Of a DNA stretch of 64,000 bases, positions 37,217-44,890 are shown in pieces. The stretch spans positions 48,778-112,777 of the forward strand of contig JAJRAK010000057.1 of assembly GCA_028682895.1 (NCBI GenBank). Reading direction: 5' to 3'. This DNA comes from Methanomassiliicoccales archaeon. GTDB lineage: Archaea > Thermoplasmatota > Thermoplasmata > Methanomassiliicoccales > UBA472. The position numbers were made by a program, and so were the translations under genes. Positions within the stretch are counted from its first letter, which is position 1. The number at the start of each line of letters is the position of its first letter. A model generated the notes under the pieces. It was given only the letters and a program-made list of their open reading frames with translations. It did no database searches and was not told the DNA's origin.

Positions 37217-38011
37217 TCATCTTTCAAGATCGGTGATGGCATCGGACAGCTCCCCGATCTCTTCCGGGCTGAGCTCTTCCACGCGATGGTCCAGGTAAGG
37301 CAACGCCGTTCTGTCGTCCTTGCCGATCATCTTCTTCATCACCAAAGTAGTGCCGATCTTCTTCCGGCGCTGCTGGAAGAGGACGTCCACAAGTTTTAGG
37401 AACAGCCTCTCGTCCTTGACCGCGAAGGGAGATGGGCGAGGGGTGAGCAGCACCACGGTGGAATCGACCTCCGGCTCAGGCCAGAAACGGGAACGGGGAA
37501 CGTTCTCCAGCATCTCGCATTTCGCCCGGTAGTAGACGTTCACCGAGAGCCGTGAGTACTCCTTGTCCGCGGAGGTGGCGCACATGCGCTCGGCGAACTC
37601 CCTCTGCACCATGACGACCGCCCGCTGAAATCTCATGTCCAGAAGATGGAAGAGCAGGGGCGATGAGATGCTGTAAGGGACGTTAGAAATGAAAAGGTCG
37701 AACGGTGGCGGCTCCACCTCCAGGAAATCGCCCTGGATCACGTTCACCTCAGGATACGTATCCTTGATGTAGTTGGCCGCACCGGCCTCCAATTCCACGG
37801 CGGTGACATCGTCGGCCTTGCGGACCAATGCCTCCGTCAGTATCCCGAAGCCGGGGCCGACCTCCAGGACACGGTCCCCAGGAGATATGTCCAGACGATC
37901 GACCTCCCTTTCGGCCACGCGGCGGTCGATGAGGTAGTTCTGCCCTTTGGACTTCGAAGGCCGGACACCGTACCGCTCGAGAAGGGAGCGAAGCTCCGCG
38001 ACGCTTATCAT
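37217..38011 (-). CDS. rsmA: 16S rRNA (adenine-N6,N6)-dimethyltransferase KsgA/Dim1
   Basis: 264 aa with QNYLIDRRVAEREVDRLDISPGDRVLEVGPGFGILTEAL (SAM motif I) and NVPYSISSPLLF. Confidence 0.9.
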   Translation of the reverse strand: MISVAELRSLLERYGVRPSKSKGQNYLIDRRVAEREVDRLDISPGDRVLEVGPGFGILTEALVRKADDVTAVELEAGAANYIKDTYPEVNVIQGDFLEVEPPPFDLFISNVPYSISSPLLFHLLDMRFQRAVVMVQREFAERMCATSADKEYSRLSVNVYYRAKCEMLENVPRSRFWPEPEVDSTVVLLTPRPSPFAVKDERLFLKLVDVLFQQRRKKIGTTLVMKKMIGKDDRTALPYLDHRVEELSPEEIGELSDAITDLER

Positions 38012-38012
38012 C

Positions 38013-38561
38013 TTACCGAGAAACGAATATGCGGTATTTTTGTGTAGGGTCGGCTAGCTCGGACTCGATGCGCTTGGAGACCACCTTGTCGGGATGCTTG
38101 AACGTAGGTATCCTGGTGGCGATATCGGCGAAGGATAGGAACGGACCTTTCTTCCTTTCGTCGATCACGGCCCACATGGTCTTCTTCCCCAGGCCGGGCA
38201 GTAGCTCCAGCATGTGGTAGCGGGTGGTGATGGACTGCGCCTCGTTGAAGAACTGGACGAAGCGGGGCTCGTTCTCCTTCACGACCTCCAGTATGACATA
38301 CGGAAGCTCGCTCTGCGCTCCGGCGGTCAGCTCTTCGAACGCCAGCCGTCTCTTGACGTGCAGTATCTTGTCCCGCTTGTCGATGTCCTTCCCGATGTAG
38401 ACCGTCTCACCCAGATTGATGATGACGCCGTTCTTGGGGACCAGCTCGAAAAGCTTGAACTCGGTGGAGCCTAGCGCATACGCTACAGGGTCCTTGTGAA
38501 AACCTCTCTCCGAGGGGAGTCCCTGCGGTAGATAGTCTAGGATATGCGCGTAGTCCTCCAA
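38013..38561 (-). CDS. DUF655 family protein (OB-fold plus helix-hairpin-helix, RNA/DNA-binding)
   Basis: It starts MEDYAHILDYLPQG and carries a C-terminal HhH (LELLPGLGKKTMWAVIDERKKGPFLSFADI). It occupies the conserved archaeal position between rpoF and ksgA. Confidence 0.8.
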   Translation of the reverse strand: MEDYAHILDYLPQGLPSERGFHKDPVAYALGSTEFKLFELVPKNGVIINLGETVYIGKDIDKRDKILHVKRRLAFEELTAGAQSELPYVILEVVKENEPRFVQFFNEAQSITTRYHMLELLPGLGKKTMWAVIDERKKGPFLSFADIATRIPTFKHPDKVVSKRIESELADPTQKYRIFVSR

Positions 38562-38573
38562 CTCAACACCAAC

Positions 38574-38900
38574 CTAAAGATAATCATTAACCAGTTTAAG
38601 AATTTGCTCCCCCTGCTTCTTGTCGATGACCCTTCTCTCCTTGGAGAAGATCAGCCTGACATCGTCGAAGTGGGCGGGCATGAGGTCGGTTATCTTGACC
38701 GCGACCTGTTCGGAGGTGTTCATCTCGGAGATGAAGTCCAAAGCAAGCAGCTTCCCCTTCAGCTCCCGCGCCTGCGTGGCGTTGAGCTTAGCGGTCCTAG
38801 CGTGCTCCATGGCCAGCTTCTGCTCCGGAGTGAACTCTCTCGTCTCGGTCTCGAGCATCTCCTTGACCTCGGCCAAGGTGACGTAACGATCAGCGGTCAT
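38574..38900 (-). CDS. rpoF: DNA-directed RNA polymerase subunit Rpo4 (RpoF, Rpb4 homologue)
   Basis: 108 aa and helical (VTLAEVKEMLETE...). It sits in the conserved L21e, RpoF, DUF655, KsgA gene order. Confidence 0.75.
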   Translation of the reverse strand: MTADRYVTLAEVKEMLETETREFTPEQKLAMEHARTAKLNATQARELKGKLLALDFISEMNTSEQVAVKITDLMPAHFDDVRLIFSKERRVIDKKQGEQILKLVNDYL

Positions 38901-38912
38901 TCTAGATCACCA

Positions 38913-39209
38913 TCAGTTCTTGACCTTGCGCATGTGCTCTGGCCTAGAGATGACGGTCTTGTATTTGTTACCGTCCCGGACGGACAGTACATAGGCGCGT
39001 CCCTGGGGGGCCAATACGGTCCCGGTCTTGCCGTGGAAGCGCAGGTGCGGTGCACCCTTTATGATGCTGGGGTCCAGGTATATGTGGGCCTGTTCGCCCA
39101 CGTCGAACTGAACAAACTCATGGGTGATGGGGGAAAGTCCACGAGCCCTGGGGCTCCTCCTCAGAATGTTCCTGCCCTTCCCTCTCTGTCCGTGCGATGC
39201 TTTAACCAT
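38913..39209 (-). CDS. rpl21e: 50S ribosomal protein L21e
   Basis: 98 aa, MVKASHGQRGKGRNILRRSPRARGLSPITHEFVQFDVGEQAHIYLDPSIIKGAPHLRFHGKTGTV. Confidence 0.9.
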   Translation of the reverse strand: MVKASHGQRGKGRNILRRSPRARGLSPITHEFVQFDVGEQAHIYLDPSIIKGAPHLRFHGKTGTVLAPQGRAYVLSVRDGNKYKTVISRPEHMRKVKN

Positions 39210-39211
39210 GT

Positions 39212-40471
39212 CTATCCCTCGTTGTTGTCGATGATCCCGATTACGTCCAAGGCGTCCACGGTGCAGGGGACCCCTAGCATCTCGGAGAGATTGGGTTCCG
39301 TTCTGCCTTCATCCCCGTGAACGAACTCCTTCACATAGGTGCCGGACTCTGTGCGAAGGCGCAGCGTCATCTTGTCATCCTGGAATTCCTCCAGGACCAC
39401 ATAGACGATGTACCGTTCGCGCTTCAGGTCCGCACGCCTGTGGGCCACCCTAATGGGCGTCCGCTGGACTATACGGGTTCTGTTGAACGTGCGAAGCACA
39501 TCATCAACTGCACCCTTATTAACTTTACCGTGAATGGACACCTGCACCCGGTACTCCTTGTCGGGCGTGGCGTCCTTGACCTTGCGCACCTCTTCTCGCG
39601 AGGACGTGCGCAGGCCTTCCACCTCTACCAGTTCCTTGCTCTTCTCGTTGATCTCCTTCTCCAGAGCGGGAAGGTCCAAGGCACGCGTCACCGGGGAGCT
39701 TATCTCGATGACGAACGGACGCCCTGTGCCGAGCATGCGGGCGTCGATGTCCTCCCGGCCCATGCCGTGGAAGAAATGCTCCTTGGCCTGGGCGTACGGC
39801 AGTATGACGTCCCCGACCTGCTCTTGCACGCTGGTCTGGTACATCTTTCCGGTGTTGCCGCAGCGCGGGCATCCCTTCCCTTGGCACATGCGGCATGGCC
39901 ATTTGGTCTGGGGTATCTCCCGTGAGAGCTTGCGATAGCGACCGTAGATGAAGAGCGGAGCGACGTCCAGCTCCACGTGGGCGAAGCGGGTGTCCAGCAG
40001 AGCGACCACCTGCGGGTTCTTGAAGTCCACGTCCTTGGAGGTGATGGCGTAGACCGCCTTGCCTATCTCCCGGTTGAGCTCGGACTTGATAGGCTCGGCG
40101 AACTCCTGTCCGACCAAGGACCACAGCTCCTCCTCGCGGGACTGGACCACGGGGTCGACACGCGTGCCCACCAAGAAATTATCGTAATGGACCTCCTGAA
40201 GTTTCAGTGCCACGGCCTCGGCGAAGCGCGGGACCTGGTCGAAGATCTCATCGCACACGGAGCACCTCTGGTGCACCATCGGGCCTAGCCCCCTCGCCGC
40301 CCTGTCCTCGTTGATGAGCAGGCGCAGCTCGGCCCCCCGGCGCTCGTCCGTCGTTCCCGTACCGACGTGGGCGAACGGTCTTCCCAGGCAATGATCGCAA
40401 AGGTCCTTGTCCTGGGCCTTGAGAGCCTGCTCTAGCACTTCCTTCATGGTCGGCCGACCTACCTCTTTCAC
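39212..40471 (-). CDS. pus10: tRNA pseudouridine(54/55) synthase Pus10
   Basis: 419 aa. It has an N-terminal Zn module (CDHCLGRPFA ... CSVCDEIF), a THUMP-like region, a second Zn ribbon (CRMCQGKGCPRCGNTG) and a catalytic domain with GREDIDARMLG. The start may instead be M9. Confidence 0.9.
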   Translation of the reverse strand: MKEVGRPTMKEVLEQALKAQDKDLCDHCLGRPFAHVGTGTTDERRGAELRLLINEDRAARGLGPMVHQRCSVCDEIFDQVPRFAEAVALKLQEVHYDNFLVGTRVDPVVQSREEELWSLVGQEFAEPIKSELNREIGKAVYAITSKDVDFKNPQVVALLDTRFAHVELDVAPLFIYGRYRKLSREIPQTKWPCRMCQGKGCPRCGNTGKMYQTSVQEQVGDVILPYAQAKEHFFHGMGREDIDARMLGTGRPFVIEISSPVTRALDLPALEKEINEKSKELVEVEGLRTSSREEVRKVKDATPDKEYRVQVSIHGKVNKGAVDDVLRTFNRTRIVQRTPIRVAHRRADLKRERYIVYVVLEEFQDDKMTLRLRTESGTYVKEFVHGDEGRTEPNLSEMLGVPCTVDALDVIGIIDNNEG

Positions 40472-40586
40472 CTACATAAAATATTGTCAAGGACGTGACG
40501 ATGAACGATCTAGTGTTGCATGTAGAAAAAAGGATTATCCAGTTGGACCAACATCATCTTCTGTGCCAGGCAGACATCCCCCTCTT

Positions 40587-41360
40587 ATGCGCCAATATAT
40601 GATGTTCGTTGACATCAGAGAGAAAGCATCAAAGACTGGTAGGATAGATCTGAGCGCGATTGGTTTCTTTACTCCTTCGAACCTCTTACCGATCTTGATC
40701 TTCATAAGGAAAGCACCACCTGGAATACCGATAGTGCCTCCTGACGACCCTAACGTCAATTCTTATCTGTGGTATATGCAGAGTGACCTTGGTGCGGAGA
40801 ACAGGAATAAACAAAATTATCTCCCAGTCGTAAGCCTCCCGAAAGTGGAATCGGAATGCGCACCTATTCTGAATAAGATCTATGACCTTGGAGAGAATGC
40901 TGGGGGTAAAAACGCTTTCAGATATCTTATCGGAGAACTCGTTGATAACATCTATCAACACTCGCTGTTCAAGAACGCCTTGATCATGGTCCAAAAATAC
41001 CCAAGGAATGAGGAGATGCATCTTTGCATAATTGATGATGGTATTACCATCCGTGGCAGTCTGGCCAACGCAGGAATGATTCTTGATGATGACCAGGCGA
41101 TAATTGATGCTATCCAAGGAGCTTCTTCAAAGAATGATGATGAGAGAGGTAAAGGGCTTGGGTCCAGTATGAAATTGCTGACCGAAGGATACCGTGGAAA
41201 TGTGCTTATTTTATCTGGAGGAGGAGCTGTACATTATGATGAGGAAGGAGCCATGAGATATCTTTTATCTGACATGTATAAATATGAGGGAACTATGATA
41301 AGCATGATAATCCCATTAACAACCGCAGAGGTGAACGTCTTTGACTATGCAGATTTATAA
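40587..41360 (+). CDS. GHKL-type (histidine-kinase-like) ATPase with a 100-aa N-terminal domain I do not recognise
   Basis: The start is ATG 40587, or 40599/40602. The track ORF from 40407 overlaps pus10. The N-box-like motif is IGELVDNIYQHS, G1-like IIDDGITIRGSL and G2-like ERGKGLGSSMKLL. No DHp or H-box is present. The G+C content is clearly lower than in the flanks. Confidence 0.6.
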   Translation: MRQYMMFVDIREKASKTGRIDLSAIGFFTPSNLLPILIFIRKAPPGIPIVPPDDPNVNSYLWYMQSDLGAENRNKQNYLPVVSLPKVESECAPILNKIYDLGENAGGKNAFRYLIGELVDNIYQHSLFKNALIMVQKYPRNEEMHLCIIDDGITIRGSLANAGMILDDDQAIIDAIQGASSKNDDERGKGLGSSMKLLTEGYRGNVLILSGGGAVHYDEEGAMRYLLSDMYKYEGTMISMIIPLTTAEVNVFDYADL

Positions 41361-41655
41361 GGTATCTATTGCGAAAGAGCTGTCCCCAGATCTGGCATTG
41401 AGAGATGTTGCATCTTCGTTCATGAACAAAATGGCGAACGTTGATTCTGACGAGGTCGAGATCGATTTTGAAGGCGTTGAGTCCATCACTCGTTCGTTCG
41501 CACATGAATATCTCACGCGGAAACGCGCCATGACGATCATATTGAGCGAGGTCAATGTTCCAGCCAACGTCCGTAAGATGTTCGCCATCATCCAGAACTC
41601 CGAGATGAGACCCAGGTTCGATGCACTGCGCAACGCCCCCATAATTAAGATCTAG
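41347..41655 (+). CDS. STAS-like domain protein (DUF4325-like)
   Basis: ATG 41347 overlaps the upstream gene by 14 nt. 102 aa with EVEIDFEGVESITRSFAHEYLTRK, matching my memory of the DUF4325 core (lDF.gV..i..sF..e). I ran no HMM search. Confidence 0.5.
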   Translation: MQIYKVSIAKELSPDLALRDVASSFMNKMANVDSDEVEIDFEGVESITRSFAHEYLTRKRAMTIILSEVNVPANVRKMFAIIQNSEMRPRFDALRNAPIIKI

Positions 41656-41760
41656 TCGGGACGTGAACGAGCAGGGTCGATGGCCCTATCATCGCCCTCA
41701 TTTTCTTAACATGCAAAAGAGCTTAATCCCCTGGGCATCATCACCGTCCCGGAAAGACCA

Positions 41761-42675
41761 ATGGCCGAGTGCAAGGACTTCCTGGAGTGCGTGCGCAAGA
41801 AGGGGTACAAGGTCAGTTCCATGTCCGTCTCCCATCTGGACGAGGTCAGGGAGGACGTGGAGCGCTTACGCAGGGACGGTCTTCTTTCCAATGAGATATA
41901 TGACGAGTATCTTTTCCGTTTTAAATACCGCATCCCTGAGTCCTTCCCAGCTGCAAAGAGCATCATAGTGGCCTCCGTGCCCCAGCCGGTCTGCGAGCTC
42001 ACCTTCAACTGGGAAGGACGGAGGATCAGGACGATCATACCACCCACCTACGCCAAGGCCGTGGACGTGGACATGGAGATCGTCTCCATGCTGGAGAGAT
42101 GCGACGGGAACGGCGTGCATCTTATGCGCGCGATATTGCCACACAAGACGCTGGCCGCCCGGACCGGTCTGGTCAAGTACGGCCGCAACAACATCACATA
42201 CGTTCCGGAGTTCGGCAGCTATCACAGGCTTACCAGCTTCTTCACCAACCGCGAACTGCCTGACAATTGGCAAAAGACGGAAGTGATGGAGAGATGCGCG
42301 GACTGCGGGGCCTGCGCACGGAAATGCCCCACCAAGGCGATATCCGATGACCGTTTCCTAGTACACGCTGAAAGGTGCCTCACCCTTCACAACGAGAGGC
42401 CGAACGATGTTCCGTTCCCGAAGTTCGTTTCACCGGACATGCACAACGCCATCATAGGGTGCATGGTCTGCCAGAAGGTATGCCCGGCCAACGCCGAGGC
42501 GAAGAAGCGCATGGTATCCTGCGCCGAGCTCAGCGAGGAGGAGACGGAGTTCCTGATGAAGGGCGACCGCAGCGGACCTATGGCCAAGAACATGGTAGAG
42601 CGACTGGAGCCGTTGGGGCTGGAGATCGATCTTTTCCCTAGGAACCTGCAGGTCCTGCTGGACCAGATGCGATGA
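41761..42675 (+). CDS. QueG/RdhA-family iron-sulfur protein (epoxyqueuosine-reductase-like, 2x[4Fe-4S])
   Basis: 304 aa. The cluster motifs are CADCGACARKCP and CMVCQKVCP. The N-terminal region resembles the QueG cobalamin-binding part. The substrate is unknown in an archaeon. Confidence 0.55.
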   Translation: MAECKDFLECVRKKGYKVSSMSVSHLDEVREDVERLRRDGLLSNEIYDEYLFRFKYRIPESFPAAKSIIVASVPQPVCELTFNWEGRRIRTIIPPTYAKAVDVDMEIVSMLERCDGNGVHLMRAILPHKTLAARTGLVKYGRNNITYVPEFGSYHRLTSFFTNRELPDNWQKTEVMERCADCGACARKCPTKAISDDRFLVHAERCLTLHNERPNDVPFPKFVSPDMHNAIIGCMVCQKVCPANAEAKKRMVSCAELSEEETEFLMKGDRSGPMAKNMVERLEPLGLEIDLFPRNLQVLLDQMR

Positions 42676-42683
42676 TCTTTTGA

Positions 42684-43229
42684 TCAGAGCTCGAAACCCA
42701 TCTCGGCGATGTGCAGCTCGGCCCTCTTCCTTTCCAGGAACTTGTACACGGTGGCGTGCTCGCTGCCGCTGAGCAGCATGTCGACGGCCTTGCGCGCCAC
42801 TGGCATCTGTACGGAGTTGCCGATTATGCCGACGGTGTCGCCGTAGACGGAGATGTTCACCCCGACCAGGTCCTCGATTATGCGCCTGGTCTTTCCGCCG
42901 GCGCCTATGACCCGGGAACGAACGCGTATCAGCGCGTTGTTGCTCTTTCCGACGTAATCGTCTATCTCGATCAGTTCCAGATATTCATCGTCGTCCAACA
43001 GCCGGAAGGCCTTCTGCGGGGCGAACCCACGGCCGATGGCCTTGACTATGTCCATGATCTTCAGCGGCATGAGCGGGTCCTCGGTCTTCGTCTCATCGAA
43101 GGAGACCTCGCCCTCTTCCGCGTCGATGTTGATCCTCAGACCGGTCCTTGATTCGAGGAACCTCTTGGTCTCGCCGCCTTGGCCTATGATGGCGCCTACG
43201 CGCTCCTTCGGGATCTTGACGAACTTCAT
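42684..43229 (-). CDS. KH-domain RNA-binding protein (aDim2/Pno1-like)
   Basis: Start at MKFVKIPKERVGAIIGQGGETKRFLE (ATG 43229, with an ATGA overlap on the rio1 stop). There are two KH domains with GxxG loops (GQGG, GAGG). Confidence 0.8.
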   Translation of the reverse strand: MKFVKIPKERVGAIIGQGGETKRFLESRTGLRINIDAEEGEVSFDETKTEDPLMPLKIMDIVKAIGRGFAPQKAFRLLDDDEYLELIEIDDYVGKSNNALIRVRSRVIGAGGKTRRIIEDLVGVNISVYGDTVGIIGNSVQMPVARKAVDMLLSGSEHATVYKFLERKRAELHIAEMGFEL

Positions 43230-44017
43230 TCTCGGCGTACCCCCTTGACGTACTTCAGGACGGTCTCGTCGCTCCACACCTCGACGTCCAGGCTGCGGAA
43301 GTAGCGGTTGATGTTCTTGATGTCCCTCTTGAGGAACTCCAAGGAATTAGGGTGATCGACCAGCATGCCCTGGCCGCAATCTATGATGTACGGTTCACCA
43401 TCGTGGAACAGTATGTTGTACTCGCTCAGGTCCCCGTGCACCAGCTTGGCCTTCTGATAGGCGCGCTTCATGAAGCGGACTATCTCGCGATATACCTTCT
43501 GCGGATGCTCCAACCGTACGGTGCGTATCTGGGGAGCGGCCATGACCTCATCGCCCAGATAGTCCATGACGATGACGTTCCTTATGAAGCGCCTGGGATG
43601 CGGGACGCGGACCCCGGCGGCCTCCAGGCGGCAGAGGTTCTTGTACTCCTTGGTGGTCCAGGCGTAAATGAGCTTGCGGGTGTTGCCCGTGATGCCCTTG
43701 AAGCGCGGGTCGCCCTCGATGTACTTGGCTATGTTCTTGAAAGTGGAATTGGACGTGCGGAATATTTTTAACGCTACGTGCTCGCCGTCGGGCGTGGTGG
43801 CCCGGAACACGTTCCCTTCCTTGCCGGTGGAGATGGGAAAATCTACGGTGGAGATGCGCTTCTCGCATGTCAGTTTGTAGATGACACCGAGGGTGAGATT
43901 GTCGAACACCTCCTCCATGACCTTACGCCCCTCTTGAGAGTTGGAGAAGGAACGGGTAAGGCGGAGCTTATCCACATCTCGCTCCAGCTTGAGGATGTTG
44001 CGGTCCTCTTTTGACAT
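43226..44017 (-). CDS. rio1: RIO-type serine/threonine protein kinase Rio1
   Basis: 263 aa with STGKEGNVF (P-loop), VALKIFRTS, the catalytic HGDLSEYNILF and IIDCGQ. Confidence 0.9.
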   Translation of the reverse strand: MSKEDRNILKLERDVDKLRLTRSFSNSQEGRKVMEEVFDNLTLGVIYKLTCEKRISTVDFPISTGKEGNVFRATTPDGEHVALKIFRTSNSTFKNIAKYIEGDPRFKGITGNTRKLIYAWTTKEYKNLCRLEAAGVRVPHPRRFIRNVIVMDYLGDEVMAAPQIRTVRLEHPQKVYREIVRFMKRAYQKAKLVHGDLSEYNILFHDGEPYIIDCGQGMLVDHPNSLEFLKRDIKNINRYFRSLDVEVWSDETVLKYVKGVRRE

Positions 44018-44024
44018 TTGTTCC

Positions 44025-44366
44025 TCAGAAGATGTCCAGGTTCTTCGGTAAGACCTTTCTGCGGCTCAGGTAGCTGGCCTGGGTCTTGGTGTAGCGGTAA
44101 AGAACATCGCACTTGTCCTCCTGGAAGTCCCAAGGGCGGATGATGACCAGGTCGCCTTCCCTGATCCACATCCTCTTCTTGATCTTCCCAGGGATACGCC
44201 CCATGCGAGATTTTCCGTCGGCGCACATTATCTTGATGCGGGATGCGCCTAGCAGCTGGTCCGCTATTCCGAACATCTCGCCTTCCTTCTTGTTCGGGTA
44301 CGGGCAGCGAAGGATCTCTTCGCTCTCAGCGCCTTGATCTCCCTGGGGTAAAGATTCGTTGCTCAA
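44025..44366 (-). CDS. eif1a: Translation initiation factor aIF-1A
   Basis: The core is GIADQLLGASRIKIMCADGKSRMGRIPGKIKKRMWIREGDLVIIRPWDFQEDKCDVLYRYT. I place the start at TTG 44366, 6 nt after a GGAGG. The upstream ATG at 44417 used by the ORF track lies on top of a TATA box. Confidence 0.85.
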   Translation of the reverse strand: MSNESLPQGDQGAESEEILRCPYPNKKEGEMFGIADQLLGASRIKIMCADGKSRMGRIPGKIKKRMWIREGDLVIIRPWDFQEDKCDVLYRYTKTQASYLSRRKVLPKNLDIF

Positions 44367-44407
44367 TGGAAGCCTCCAATGGTAGAGTTCCTTTAAACCT
44401 GTTCCTC

Positions 44408-44414
44408 TATATAA
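44408..44414 (-). promoter_or_regulatory. TATA box (TTATATA) of the aIF1A, rio1, KH operon
   Basis: The minus strand reads ccaATGTTATATAGAGGAACAGGTTTAAAGGAACTCTACCATTGGAGGCTTCCATTGAGC. The TATA is followed about 30 nt later by a GGAGG SD and then the TTG start. Confidence 0.5.
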
Positions 44415-44688
44415 CATTGGTGCAACGCTATTAAAAAGGGTTGAAGACTGGATTGGGCGGAACGATCGCTCCAGTGTTTTATGGATTTTCTCGATCGTGC
44501 CCTAATTATTACAGAACGTCCCACGATAGGGACAGGATGTTCAGACCCTGCATTATAACGGCCTGTTCGATGGTGAGCGCCACCGCCAAATGAAGATATT
44601 GACCTAGGTTAAGAGCGGGAGGCACCGACAGGAAAAGCTTGTCCAGATGGGCTGTGCGATTTGCAAGCCCGTTGATGCATGCACCAAG

Positions 44689-44703
44689 TTTTAAGTAATA
44701 TAT
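44689..44703 (+). promoter_or_regulatory. BRE/TATA-like promoter element of tRNA-Glu
   Basis: gttttaagTAATATAT ends 23 nt upstream of the first tRNA nucleotide (44726). This is the standard archaeal TATA-to-start spacing. Confidence 0.5.
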
Positions 44704-44725
44704 TCATTATCAAGCGCCATCCTAC

Positions 44726-44828
44726 GCTCCCGTAGTGTAGTCCGGCCAATCATTCCGCCCTTTCAACATCGCCGAATGGCGTTGGAGGGTAGGCGGTGAC
44801 TCGGGTTCAAATCCCGGCGGGAGCACCA
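44726..44828 (+). tRNA. tRNA-Glu (anticodon UUC) with a 25-nt intron and a genomically encoded CCA
   Basis: The acceptor is GCTCCCG/CGGGAGC followed by A and CCA. The D arm is GTGT-AGTCCGGCCAA-TCAT. The anticodon stem is CCGCC(44755-59)/GGCGG(44792-96), enclosing 32 nt instead of 7. The T arm is CGGGTTCAAATCCCG. The anticodon TTC is at 44762-64. Confidence 0.8.
44766..44790 (+). other. tRNA intron at the canonical 37/38 position
   Basis: ACATCGCCGAATGGCGTTGGAGGGT lies between position 37 (A44765) and 38 (A44791). It contains an internal hairpin CGCC-GAAT-GGCG. GTTGGAGGG can pair with the CCCTTTCAAC of the anticodon region. That is consistent with a bulge-helix-bulge substrate, but I did not verify it formally. 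Confidence 0.65.
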
Positions 44829-44890
44829 TATTTTTCTGGTCAATCTGAGAATAAGAGTACTTTGTAGAAAAAGGAAAGGGAAGGGGTTTC

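Noticed and set aside
44440-44720. The 300-nt non-coding gap upstream of tRNA-Glu was scanned for a C/D-box sRNA. Candidate elements were ATGGTGA and ATGAAGA, with GA and CTGA-like elements around 44570-44610.
   Set aside because: Neither box matches RUGAUGA/CUGA properly. I could not form a terminal kink-turn pairing. No guide complementarity can be tested here.
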